Shown here piece by piece: positions 26,603 through 36,610 of a DNA stretch of 64,000 nt (positions are counted from its first letter, which is position 1; every line of letters begins with the position of its first letter). The notes beneath the pieces were generated by a model. The model was not told where the DNA came from. It saw only the letters and a program-made list of their open reading frames with translations, and searched no databases. The DNA comes from Methylocystis sp. (lineage in GTDB: Bacteria > Pseudomonadota > Alphaproteobacteria > Rhizobiales > Beijerinckiaceae), in contig JBIIJP010000005.1 of the NCBI GenBank assembly GCA_044233645.1, positions 3,519 through 67,518 of the forward strand. The letters are read 5' to 3'. The position numbers were made by a program, and so were the translations under genes.

Positions 26603-28936
26603 ATGGCGCGCGTCAAGGCAGCCAAAAGGATGAGTCGCGTCGATGCGGTCTGGAGCAGCTACCATTTCGGCGACGAAAAGCCCCCGAAATACGGCTCCAG
26701 GCCGCAAATTCTGGCGGTTGTTGTCTGTGCGATCTGTCTGATTTGCCTGGCTACTTTCGTTGTCACCCTCACGAGATCCCTGCAAGATCATATTCTGGAC
26801 GAGGCAATAGACGATCTGGACATATTCGCCCGTGTCGTCTCACGTGACCTGCGGGATGAACTAAAGCCTGACGCCTCGCCATCGCTTGGCGACAGTTTCA
26901 ATCGTATCGTACCGCGTCGTCTTCTGACGCACGGCCGCCGTGCTTTAGCCATTGATGCAGAGGGTCGGATTGCCGCTGCTTTTCCACCACTGCCAGTGCC
27001 AATGGCGACGCTCACGGATATTCTCGGAGCTAACAAAGACATCGCCGAGCTTTTGACGAACGGCGAGGTGATGCGCGTGACGTTGGCGAATGGCTCTCAG
27101 GCGCTCGCCACCGTGCGTAAACTGCCGACGTCCTTCGGGCAAATCGCAATGATTCACCCGATCGATAATGTTCTTGACAACTGGCGGGCTGTGGCGGCGC
27201 GTTACGCCTTACTTTTCGCCGTGACCACGACGATGTTGCTGGCGATCGTCTTCGGTTATTTTCGTCAGGCGCGAGAACGTCAGACAGCAGAAGAGGTTAA
27301 CGCGATGATCCGTCGGCGTCTGGATACTGCGCTATCCAGCGGTCGTTGTGGATTATGGGATTGGGACTTGCAAAGAGGGAGAGTCTACTGGTCTGACTCC
27401 ATGTATGAACTGCTTGGCCTGCCAGCCGAAAAGCGTTGTGTGTCTTTGGAGGAACTCGATGCTCTGATCCATCCTGAAGACGGAGATCTTTCCGTTGTCG
27501 CCAATCTGGCGCTCACTTCAAAAACCCGGACAATAGATCATGAGTTTCGCGCTCGTCACGCCAATGGCGACTGGATCTGGTTGCGGGCTCGCGCTCAATT
27601 GATTGAAGACAAAACGTCCGGAAGCAAAACTGAACCACATCTTGTCGGCATCGCTGTCGACATTTCAGAGCAACGCGCGCTTGCCGAACATAAAGCCATA
27701 GCCAGTTCGCGTCTGCGCGACGCTATAGAGTCTATTTCAGAAGCATTCGTTTTATGGGACTCGGAAAACCGTCTTATTGCTTGTAATTCAAAATTTATAG
27801 ATCTTTACGCTCTGTCCTCGGAGCATACGGTCACCGGCGCCAGCTATGCGCAAGTTATGCGAACGGCGCGAGCGCCCGTGACGCAGACAGAGACATCCTC
27901 CGACTTGTTACGGTCCAGAGATGCGCGCACTTATGAAGCCCGACTCGCAGACGGCCGCTGGCTGCAAATCAACGAACGGCGAACCAAGGATGGTGGCCAT
28001 GTCAGCGTCGGCGCTGACATTACCTCGCTAAAACGCAAGGAGGAACTGCTACGCGAGTCCGAGCGTCAGTTGACGGCCAGCGTCTCCGATCTGACTCATT
28101 CCCGCCAATTGCTGGAGATACAAGCCCAGCAATTAGCGGCGCTTGCAGAAGAATATCATCACCAGAAAGCTGTCGCCGAAGCTGCCTATCTGGCGAAATC
28201 TGAATTTCTTGCCAATATGAGTCACGAATTACGTACACCGCTCAACGCCATTATTGGCTTCGCCGAAATGATGCAGGCCGAACCCTTCGGGGCTCTCGGT
28301 TCGCCAAAATACCTTGAGTATTGTCAAAATATCCATAGGGGCGGAAGTTATCTCAACGATGTTTTGAGTGATATTCTCGACATGTCGATGCTGGAAGCCG
28401 GGCAGATGCGTCTTGCCGAGCGAGAAGTGCGTATCGCTGACGCCATCCGGCGTACTGCCGCGCAATGGCGCAGCCGGATCGACGAAAAGCGTTTGCGTCT
28501 CGATGTTGATTGTCGCGATGGATTGTGGTGCGTCGGCGACCTCTCCGCCATCGTCAAGACGCTCGGTGTGCTTGTGTCGAACAGCGTGAAATTCACAGAC
28601 AATGACGGTATGTTGCATATTCGCGCCCGTCGCTGCGGTGACTTAGTCGCGATCTATGTCGCCGACAACGGGCGCGGGATCGATCCACAGGCCTTATTAC
28701 GTCTGGGCCGACCCTTCGAGCAAAACGCCGCCGTGCTCGAAAACGGCATGAAAGGCTCCGGTCTCGGATTAGCCATCGCACGCGCATTGATCGATCTTCA
28801 CGGTGGCGCGTTGAAGATTCGCTCGCGTCCGGGAGTTGGCACAATCGCCATGATTTGCTTGCCCTCAAGTCCACTCCAATCGCGCCCGGCAATGATACAG
28901 GGCGAACGATCTCGACAGCAACAAACAGCGGCATAA
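26603..28936 (+). CDS. PAS-domain sensor histidine kinase
   Basis: N-terminal TM, periplasmic region, second TM, two PAS-like regions, H-box SHELRTPLNAIIGFAEMM and N/G boxes (DNGRGI, GSGLGLAI). Confidence 0.9.
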   Translation: MARVKAAKRMSRVDAVWSSYHFGDEKPPKYGSRPQILAVVVCAICLICLATFVVTLTRSLQDHILDEAIDDLDIFARVVSRDLRDELKPDASPSLGDSFNRIVPRRLLTHGRRALAIDAEGRIAAAFPPLPVPMATLTDILGANKDIAELLTNGEVMRVTLANGSQALATVRKLPTSFGQIAMIHPIDNVLDNWRAVAARYALLFAVTTTMLLAIVFGYFRQARERQTAEEVNAMIRRRLDTALSSGRCGLWDWDLQRGRVYWSDSMYELLGLPAEKRCVSLEELDALIHPEDGDLSVVANLALTSKTRTIDHEFRARHANGDWIWLRARAQLIEDKTSGSKTEPHLVGIAVDISEQRALAEHKAIASSRLRDAIESISEAFVLWDSENRLIACNSKFIDLYALSSEHTVTGASYAQVMRTARAPVTQTETSSDLLRSRDARTYEARLADGRWLQINERRTKDGGHVSVGADITSLKRKEELLRESERQLTASVSDLTHSRQLLEIQAQQLAALAEEYHHQKAVAEAAYLAKSEFLANMSHELRTPLNAIIGFAEMMQAEPFGALGSPKYLEYCQNIHRGGSYLNDVLSDILDMSMLEAGQMRLAEREVRIADAIRRTAAQWRSRIDEKRLRLDVDCRDGLWCVGDLSAIVKTLGVLVSNSVKFTDNDGMLHIRARRCGDLVAIYVADNGRGIDPQALLRLGRPFEQNAAVLENGMKGSGLGLAIARALIDLHGGALKIRSRPGVGTIAMICLPSSPLQSRPAMIQGERSRQQQTAA

Positions 28937-28975
28937 GATTCCAAAGTCAGTAAATGGACTTAAAAGAATTAGGCG

Positions 28976-30361
28976 CTATTTCACCCCAGCTGCTGGAATC
29001 GACAGGATCACGCGCAAGCCTGGCTCATTATCCTCAATCCGCAAGACGCCATGATGAAGCCGGGCGATGGCTGCAGCCATCGAGAGACCAAGTCCAGACC
29101 CCGGCTGCGTACGCGAATTCTCCAGACGAACGAACCGACCAGTTAGACGTTGACGGTCCGCCGCTGAAACGCCAGGACCATGATCGGAGACGGCGATTTC
29201 GATCCGGTCCCCGGCGCGACTGGCGCTGACGTCTACACGCGGATTTTTTTGGCTCCGACCGTATTTCAGAGCGTTATCGATCAGATTGACGACAGCCTGT
29301 CCAAGCAGCTCGCGACTCCCGGTCACCATCAGACCAGGTTCAGTCTTGAGAGCGAGGGTCATCCCCTGTTCTTCCGCCACGGGCTCATACATTTCTACCA
29401 TATCGCCAACGACTCCTCCCGCATCGCAGGCGACAAGATTGTCCGTCGAATAACCCGCCTCGGCCCGGGCAATCATAAGGAGAGCATTGAAGACAGCGAT
29501 GAGATCGTCGGATTCGTCGATGATGGCGGACAAAGCCTCTTTCTGTTTTTCCGGATCGTCGCCATGACGCAGCGCGGATTCTGCGCGGTTTCGCATTCGC
29601 GTAAGTGGCGTCTTGAGATCATGAGCGATGTTGTCCGATACCTCACGTAAACCAGCCATGAGTTCGGCAATCCGCGCCAGCATAGCGTTAAAATTCTCCG
29701 CAAGACGATCGAGTTCATCGCCGGAGCCAGAAACTGCAAGGCGTTCGTTCATATCTCCGGCCATAATCCGGCGAGCCGAAGCTGACATGATATCGACGCG
29801 CTCCATCATCCGGTAGGAAACAAAAAGACCTCCGAAAACGCCCACGAGCACAAGCCAGAACAGAGAGACGCCCAGCGCATTGCGCAAAATATCACGCAGA
29901 ACCTGATGATCCTCGATGTCATGACCGATCAACAGGCGAAATCCGCCGGGAATAACAAATAGCCTCAGCAGGGCTGGATGTGGGGCGATCTCCGGCTCTC
30001 CACGGCGCTGGTAGATGGTCTCGACCAGTTCGTCCTTCTCTATAGGGATGAACCGCGGCGGATCAATATTACCGACGATAACGTCGCCCGCTTGGGTTGT
30101 AAGCAGATAGAGCGAGCCGCCCGGTGCGCGTACGCGTCGTTCCACCGCATCGGTGAGCTGGCGAATGCCCCCTTGCGTATATTGCTCCGATAGCGCGCGA
30201 ATTTCGGCGTCAACCGTTTGCTCGATTTGCTCGTCGAGCACTTCCTTAACGCGGGCGCCAACGCTAGCAAGGACAAGGCCGGCGCCAACCGAAAACAGCA
30301 CTAGGAAGGCAACCGACAGTTTGAACGCCGTCGTCCGGAAGAGCTTACCGAGCGCTGTCAC
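28976..30361 (-). CDS. HAMP-domain sensor histidine kinase (partner of the OmpR-type regulator)
   Basis: Two TM segments, HAMP, H-box SDNIAHDLKTPLTRM, and N/G boxes NALKYG, DHGPGV, GSGLGLSMA. Overlaps the regulator stop. Confidence 0.9.
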   Translation of the reverse strand: MTALGKLFRTTAFKLSVAFLVLFSVGAGLVLASVGARVKEVLDEQIEQTVDAEIRALSEQYTQGGIRQLTDAVERRVRAPGGSLYLLTTQAGDVIVGNIDPPRFIPIEKDELVETIYQRRGEPEIAPHPALLRLFVIPGGFRLLIGHDIEDHQVLRDILRNALGVSLFWLVLVGVFGGLFVSYRMMERVDIMSASARRIMAGDMNERLAVSGSGDELDRLAENFNAMLARIAELMAGLREVSDNIAHDLKTPLTRMRNRAESALRHGDDPEKQKEALSAIIDESDDLIAVFNALLMIARAEAGYSTDNLVACDAGGVVGDMVEMYEPVAEEQGMTLALKTEPGLMVTGSRELLGQAVVNLIDNALKYGRSQKNPRVDVSASRAGDRIEIAVSDHGPGVSAADRQRLTGRFVRLENSRTQPGSGLGLSMAAAIARLHHGVLRIEDNEPGLRVILSIPAAGVK

Positions 30362-31028
30362 GGATCATATATCCGGCGCCACGGATGGTATGCAACAGAG
30401 GCGTCTCACGTCCCTTGTCGATCTTCGAGCGAAGTCTCGATATGTGCACGTCAATGACATTTGTCTGCGGATCGAAATGATAGTCCCAGACATTTTCGAG
30501 TAGCATGGTGCGCGTAACGACCTGACCGGCGTTTTTCATTAAATATTCTAGCAGACGAAATTCTCGGGGCTGTAAAATAATCTCCTGGCCGCCGACGCGC
30601 ACCTCGTGCGAGAGCCGATCCAGCTCCAGATCGCCTACGCGGTAATGTGTTTCCTCCCCCTTCGGTCCGACGCGACGACGCGCCAGTGCTTCGGTGCGCG
30701 CCAGTAATTCAGAAAAGGCGTAGGGCTTGGGGAGATAATCGTCGCCGCCAGCGCGCAGACCCTTGACCCGATCATCGACCTGTCCAAGCGCCGACAGGAT
30801 CAGCACAGGCGTCTCGACTTTCTGTTCGCGCAGGCTGGAGATCAGCGATAACCCGTCCATCTTCGGCAACATGCGGTCGACAATCAAGACGTCGTAATCA
30901 CCCTCACGGGCGGCGGCGTAGCCGGAAAGGCCATCGGCGGCGTGATCGGCGATATGGCCCTGCTCACGAAAAGCCTTGACGAGATAATCGCTCGCCTCGC
31001 GGTCATCTTCGATAATCAATATGCGCAT
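30345..31028 (-). CDS. OmpR-family response regulator
   Basis: MRILIIEDD ... DVLIVDRMLPKMDG receiver domain plus a winged-helix output (LQPREFRLLEYLM ... IRGAGYMI). Start ATG at 31028. Confidence 0.9.
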   Translation of the reverse strand: MRILIIEDDREASDYLVKAFREQGHIADHAADGLSGYAAAREGDYDVLIVDRMLPKMDGLSLISSLREQKVETPVLILSALGQVDDRVKGLRAGGDDYLPKPYAFSELLARTEALARRRVGPKGEETHYRVGDLELDRLSHEVRVGGQEIILQPREFRLLEYLMKNAGQVVTRTMLLENVWDYHFDPQTNVIDVHISRLRSKIDKGRETPLLHTIRGAGYMIRDSAR

Positions 31029-31194
31029 GAGTCGCATCATAGCCGATGTTGCAAAAAAACGCAGGCCGATGCCACCGCATCGGCCTGCGCTAGGGACGGA
31101 AGGCAGGGAGGGGACCGGCGCCTCCGTCTCTGTGCTTGCCGGGAGCCTGCTGTGGGCGGGAGCATAAGGCCCGCCGGCAAGTATCTCCCGGCGC

Positions 31195-32697
31195 TTAGCC
31201 GGCTTTGGTCGGGACAGCGACAAACTTCATGCCGTCTGCGGATTTAAGACGCAGCAAAACGGATTTGCGGCCTTCCTGACGCGCAGCGTCAATCGCCGAC
31301 GAGAGATCGCTCTGAGAGTTGATCGGTCGGCCGGCGGCTTCGACGATCACATCGCCGCGACGAACGCCTTTTTGGGCGGCGGCGCTATCGGGATCGACGT
31401 CGGTGACAACCAGACCTGCGCCGCCGGCGCCGCGCACCTGAGAGGCCGGAGCCACCTCGACGCCTAGTCCCGCGACCGACGAACCGCTTTCGCCACCGTC
31501 TTTCTCGGTGTCGGCGCGCGCCTCCTTCTCGTCAGGCAATACGCCAAGCGTCAGTTTTGCGCTCTTCTCGGCGCCGTTGCGCAAATATGTCAGATCGACC
31601 GTCTTTTTCGGACCCAATGCGGCGATACGACGGGCCAACTCGCGCGGACCATCAATCGTTTCGCCATTAACAGCGATGATCACATCGCCCGCCTTCAAAC
31701 CGGCAGCCTCTGCCGGCGCGCCGGACTGCGGCTGCGAAACGAGGGCGCCTTTGGTCGATTTCAGCCCCATGCTATCGGCGATTTCCGGTGTCACATTCTG
31801 GATCTTCACGCCGATCCAGCCGCGCGCCACCGCGCCCTTCTCTTTCAGCGCCGCGACGACATCCTTCGCAACCTCCGCCGGAATGGCGAATCCGATGCCG
31901 ACGGAACCGCCAGAAGGCGAGTAGATCGCGGTATTCACACCAATGACATTCCCATGTATATCGAAGGCCGGTCCACCCGAATTGCCTCGATTGACCGGGG
32001 CGTCGATCTGCAGAAAATCGTCATAGGGACCCGCGCCGATGTCGCGACCTCGCGCCGAAACGATGCCGGCGGTAACGCTACCGCCTAAACCAAAGGGATT
32101 GCCGACCGCAATCACCCAGTCGCCAATGCGCGGGTTGCCACTCGACCAATCGACAAAGGGCAGTTTCTCGCCATCGCTGATCTTGAGCAAGGCCAGATCG
32201 GTGCGTTTGTCCGTGCCGATGACTTTGGCCGAAAGTGTTTTACCACTGTCCAGCGTCACCTCGACATCAGAAGCATGATCAACGACATGATTGTTAGTCA
32301 CGACATAGCCGTCTGCGCTGATGATGAAACCGGAACCCTGCGACATTGTCATGTGCTTGTGACCATGACTACCACGCTGCTGTTCGCCGAACCGTTTGAA
32401 GAAACGGAACATCGGATCGTCCGGTGACATTTCGGGCAAGCCAGGCACGCCGGCGATCTGCTCCTGATCGTCATCGCCAGCGACCCCCTTAACCTTGATA
32501 GCGACGACTGCCGGCTTAATCTTGTCGACTACATCCGCAAACGATGCTGGCGCGGTCAGAACTGGCGCCGTCGAGGACGTTGAGAGGGCTTCGGCATGGG
32601 CTTGCGAGAGCGGCCAGCCGCCAGCGGCGCCAAGCGCGAAAGCGGCGACAGCAGCCATCAACGCAACACGCGAGGCGCGCGAGCGGCGCATGGTCAT
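31195..32697 (-). CDS. degP: periplasmic serine endoprotease, DegP/HtrA family (two PDZ domains)
   Basis: Signal peptide; catalytic-triad context TNNHV, DLALLKI, GNSGGP; two PDZ-like regions. Start ATG at 32697 or 32691. Confidence 0.9.
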   Translation of the reverse strand: MTMRRSRASRVALMAAVAAFALGAAGGWPLSQAHAEALSTSSTAPVLTAPASFADVVDKIKPAVVAIKVKGVAGDDDQEQIAGVPGLPEMSPDDPMFRFFKRFGEQQRGSHGHKHMTMSQGSGFIISADGYVVTNNHVVDHASDVEVTLDSGKTLSAKVIGTDKRTDLALLKISDGEKLPFVDWSSGNPRIGDWVIAVGNPFGLGGSVTAGIVSARGRDIGAGPYDDFLQIDAPVNRGNSGGPAFDIHGNVIGVNTAIYSPSGGSVGIGFAIPAEVAKDVVAALKEKGAVARGWIGVKIQNVTPEIADSMGLKSTKGALVSQPQSGAPAEAAGLKAGDVIIAVNGETIDGPRELARRIAALGPKKTVDLTYLRNGAEKSAKLTLGVLPDEKEARADTEKDGGESGSSVAGLGVEVAPASQVRGAGGAGLVVTDVDPDSAAAQKGVRRGDVIVEAAGRPINSQSDLSSAIDAARQEGRKSVLLRLKSADGMKFVAVPTKAG

Positions 32698-33002
32698 TGT
32701 CGACGGCGGAAAATGCGAAACAGGCATTGTGAAAACTCCATCTGCTGCAGCGGGACCGGGAACGCCCCGCCGCCTGCACCTCAAGATGGAGACTGTCCCG
32801 TTGCCGAGCAATTTCCGGGAGATGAAAGTTTCGTAAGGAATTCTCTTTGGCTCGCTTCAGGCCTTTGGGCTCAATGACAATTCCATCACAAAGAGAATTT
32901 ATTACAATATCGAAAGGGACTCCTTTGAGTGGCTTCTACATTTATCCTGTACATTTTCCAGAATGATAATGCGCTTATTGTCCTGCATCGCCAGACGCTC
33001 TC

Positions 33003-34123
33003 CTATCGGCGTTGTAAGATTACGATGCGGTTTGTGTTAGTTCTGCCGGAATTATTCAAAACTCCCCAACAATTCGCCGTCTTTGTAAATTCTTGCCTGT
33101 TCACCATAACGAAAAGTCGCTCAAATGGGAGAGCTGCAGCAGCCTGCCATACAAGTCTCTCGAGAAGAACACGACCTTTTCTGACCTCTCCTACCTCGAA
33201 GGCGACATGTCCACCTGGCCGGACAATACGCGCTGATTCGCAAAGAGTCTCTCTAACCATCAGTTACCATGGGGCTTGGGCGCGGTGATGGGAAATATCG
33301 ACAGTTTGAACATCGATCCCGGCAAACCAGCACCGAAGCCAGTTATCATCTGCGTATTGAACAACGTCCAGAAACGGAGGAGAGGTGACAACAAGATCAA
33401 TAGAGGCGTTCTCAATCTCGGGCGTCCGACTTGCTAAATTGGTCGTAAGTCGAAATTCGGACGCCTATTTGGGCTGACCGTCAACAAGGAGTGTTTGTGT
33501 TTTTTTAGAATGACTCTGGAAATATCTCCATCTGGAGGCGTTTGGTTTCGTTTCTCATTAATCTTCAGCTGCGACTGAACTGAAACGGCCTGATTTGGCG
33601 GAAGGGTATAGACAGAAAAAAAAACCAGAGGAATGGCCGGTGAACCGATTGAGAGCAACCATACGAATCCAGTCAATAACAGGATCGACGTCGTCGCCAA
33701 TCGATGCGATTTTATCAAGCCAGTTTCTTAAAGCAGTGATTTGCGCCAATGTCTTTTGCGAGTAAAAAACGAGCAAGTCTTTATCTACAACACGACCTGC
33801 GCCCCAATCGATCTGGCGTAATTGACTTAGGACCTGAGACAATGAAACGGCTCGCAGCCGCGGACGGGCGAGCGATCGACTAGGTGGATTGACATCATTT
33901 CTTGCGGCCTTTCTTCCCATAAGAGAGGCTTGAACTGGCGTAGTACCCCGTCCCATGAAAGGATCGTAAACCCAATCGCTTGGGCGGGTAAGATAATTAA
34001 TAAAAAACTCCGGTAGCTGTGGCTTGAAACAAGCTCGATAGCTGATTTCATGAATTGAGTGACATTTTCTCTGACCAGATGTTCAAAACTCGTTGACAAG
34101 ATATTTGATGCCTTCATCATCAA
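33003..34123 (-). pseudogene. DNA methyltransferase (N6-A/N4-C type) degraded by frameshifts and an in-frame stop
   Basis: Motif I DPFMGRGTTPVQASLMGRKAARNDVNP and motif IV DLVVTSPPFLDVVQYADDNW lie in different frames. In-frame TAA at 33264-33266 (HRAQAPW*LMVRETL). The C-terminal piece is ORF 33003-33260. Confidence 0.75.
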
Positions 34124-34292
34124 ATTCTACCGAAGACTGCCCATAGAGATTAAAATTTCTATCGATATCAATTATCGGCGTCCCTGGAAAATTATGTGCA
34201 GGTCTTTGCATCGATAAATCGAGATCCTTGGGATTATCTCAGATTTCGGCGACCACAGACTGTCATACCTGCGAATCACCTATAACCATAAC

Positions 34293-34889
34293 TTACTCTA
34301 TACTTCTTCCTGATTGGGGGTTGTCCGCCGAATTGCTAAAATGCATAGAGACATGCTGGAGACAGATCACAAATCCCCGCAAATCAGTAAAAAGAGCGTC
34401 GGCCTCCGCCTTGTGTCTGACGATATCCCATCCCTGAGCGGCGATGGACTCTGCAATCATCAAATTGTCGATCAGACCAAAATTCTCAACAGCCATGCCA
34501 TCGCAAGCCCATTCTCCGGTGGGATTTAAGACCAGAGGGCCATACGCGTCGACGACCCTCTTTCGATAATCCGCGACGACATTGGCGTAGGCGAAAACCG
34601 GTTTTCCCATCGCCAGCGCATAGCCGATTTCAAAAATGGTCCCGGCATCAGCGCTTGGCCCGCGAAATGGCGTCAAATTCGCCACGATAGCTGCGCTTTT
34701 CTCGATCATGGCGATATTGGCGCGGCAAATATGCGTCGCGAGGTCCTTGCCACACGCCACAGGTAAATCTGCGTCGAGGGGGAACAGGCCTTCATGCCCC
34801 AGCGTCGCGCATATTTTTTTCTTATTCGCCCCAACCGATCGCGACTGGGGTAAAAAGACCTCGGGACCTGCAAGGTAAAGAGCGACCAT
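34293..34889 (-). CDS. nucleoside 2-deoxyribosyltransferase family protein
   Basis: LYLAGPEVF ... ANLTPFRGPSADAGTIFEIGYALAMGKPVFAY is the family pattern. The start lies 9 nt downstream of the corA stop. Confidence 0.7.
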   Translation of the reverse strand: MVALYLAGPEVFLPQSRSVGANKKKICATLGHEGLFPLDADLPVACGKDLATHICRANIAMIEKSAAIVANLTPFRGPSADAGTIFEIGYALAMGKPVFAYANVVADYRKRVVDAYGPLVLNPTGEWACDGMAVENFGLIDNLMIAESIAAQGWDIVRHKAEADALFTDLRGFVICLQHVSMHFSNSADNPQSGRSIE

Positions 34890-34898
34890 GACGACAGC

Positions 34899-35915
34899 CT
34901 ACAGCCAACCGGCGCGACGGAAACGGACATACAGCCAAATGCAAACAACGACAATCAGCGTAAGCACGGCGAAATAGCCATACTCCCATTTCAGCTCCGG
35001 CATGTGTTCAAAGTTCATGCCGTAAACGCCAGCAATGGCGGTCGGCACGGCGAGTATGCCCGCCCAGGCTGCAAGCTGACGGGATATATTTGTCTGCTGC
35101 ATCTGTGCTGTCAGATGTCGTGCTTCAAAGGCGAAAGCAAGCGTTTCGCGCAGCGTGTCTATCTGTTCGGCCACGCGCCGCAAATGATCGCGCACATCGC
35201 GAAAATGCGGACGCATTTTTCTATCAATAATCATAATATTATTCCGCTCAAGCCATCGGCATACATCTTCCAGCGGCATGACCGCGTTTCTCAAGCTCAA
35301 TAAATCACGCCGCAAAGTGTAAAGAGAGCTAATATCCCCTGCTGTGATTGTCGTCGATAAAATATCGTCCTCAATACGCTCCACCTCTGCGTTGAGGTTT
35401 TGAAGAACAGGAAAATAATTATCAACGATAAAATCCAGAATAGCATAAACGATGTAATCTTCGCCCTCGACGAGGCTGGCCGGTCGTGCCTCGGCGCGCG
35501 CGCGCACTGCTGCGTAGCTCGTCGAGGCGCCATGCCGGATGCTCACAACATAACCCAGTCCGACAAGAAGATAGGTTTCGCCGAATTCTATACGACCATT
35601 ATTCAACTGCGCGGTTCGCGCCGCCAGAAAGAGCGATTGGTCGTATTCCTCGATCTTGGGCAATTCGTGTGCTGAAAGCGCATCCTCGATCATCAACGGA
35701 TGCAGCGAGAATTGTTGGCCAATCAGATCCAAAAGTTTGGCGGAAGGCTCATAGAGTCCGATCCAAACGACATGGCCTTCGCATTGTGACCATTGTCCTG
35801 AGTCTTCCAGATAGATATCGCCGATTTTTTCGCCGCCGCGATAGACGACGGCGTTGACAAGGCCCTCCCGGCGCCAGCGCGCGATTTCGGAGCCGCCATC
35901 AGGGCCATTCGCCAT
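34899..35915 (-). CDS. corA: magnesium/cobalt transporter CorA
   Basis: C-terminal two TM helices with the signature GVYGMNF. 338 aa. Confidence 0.9.
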   Translation of the reverse strand: MANGPDGGSEIARWRREGLVNAVVYRGGEKIGDIYLEDSGQWSQCEGHVVWIGLYEPSAKLLDLIGQQFSLHPLMIEDALSAHELPKIEEYDQSLFLAARTAQLNNGRIEFGETYLLVGLGYVVSIRHGASTSYAAVRARAEARPASLVEGEDYIVYAILDFIVDNYFPVLQNLNAEVERIEDDILSTTITAGDISSLYTLRRDLLSLRNAVMPLEDVCRWLERNNIMIIDRKMRPHFRDVRDHLRRVAEQIDTLRETLAFAFEARHLTAQMQQTNISRQLAAWAGILAVPTAIAGVYGMNFEHMPELKWEYGYFAVLTLIVVVCIWLYVRFRRAGWL

Positions 35916-35929
35916 GGCGCGGCTCCCGG

Positions 35930-36556
35930 TCAGCCCTTCGGGCCGCCGCGCGTCACTCCGACTTTCGCCGGCCGCAACACGCGATCGCCGATCGTATATC
36001 CCTGCTCGACAACCTGGGCGACTGTGCCGGAGGGTTGCCCCTCGTCAGGGATCTCGAATAGCGCCTCGTGTTGATTTGGATCAAACCGTGCCCCCAGCGC
36101 ATCGATTTTCTTGACGCCAAAACGCGCAAGACGCGACAGAAAGTCTTTTTCCGTAACCTCGACGCCTTCCACCAGAGCAGCAATAGCGGGATCGAGGGTC
36201 TCTCGCGTCTCTGCTGGCACGCTTTCCACGGCTCGACGCAAATTATCTGCGAAGGCGAGCATTTCACGCGCAAAGCTCGTGACTCCATAAAGTTTTGCGT
36301 CGGAAATCTCGCGCTCGGCCCGACGACGAACATTCTCGGCTTCCGCCATGGCGCGCAATGCTTTTTCCTTCAAAGCTGCGTTCTCGGTATAGAGATTTTC
36401 GAGTTCAGTGAAGGGTTCCGGCGCGTCAATTGGCGCCTCAGCTCCCGGTTGGGAGAGTGTGGACTGATGCCACTCGTTCGATGAGCTCGCGGTCTCCTGT
36501 CCATCCTGAGCCGCATGTCTCTTCTCGTCGCCGTGTCCATTCATGCTTTTGTCCAT
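35930..36556 (-). CDS. grpE: nucleotide exchange factor GrpE
   Basis: Acidic N-terminus, coiled coil (LKEKALRAMAEAENVRRRAEREISDAKLYG) and C-terminal beta domain (GYTIGDRVLRPAKVGV). Confidence 0.9.
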   Translation of the reverse strand: MDKSMNGHGDEKRHAAQDGQETASSSNEWHQSTLSQPGAEAPIDAPEPFTELENLYTENAALKEKALRAMAEAENVRRRAEREISDAKLYGVTSFAREMLAFADNLRRAVESVPAETRETLDPAIAALVEGVEVTEKDFLSRLARFGVKKIDALGARFDPNQHEALFEIPDEGQPSGTVAQVVEQGYTIGDRVLRPAKVGVTRGGPKG

Positions 36557-36610
36557 TCTTCATGGGATCGGAGGTGAAAGTCTTCGATATCAGCTCTGGG
36601 CGACGCGAAA

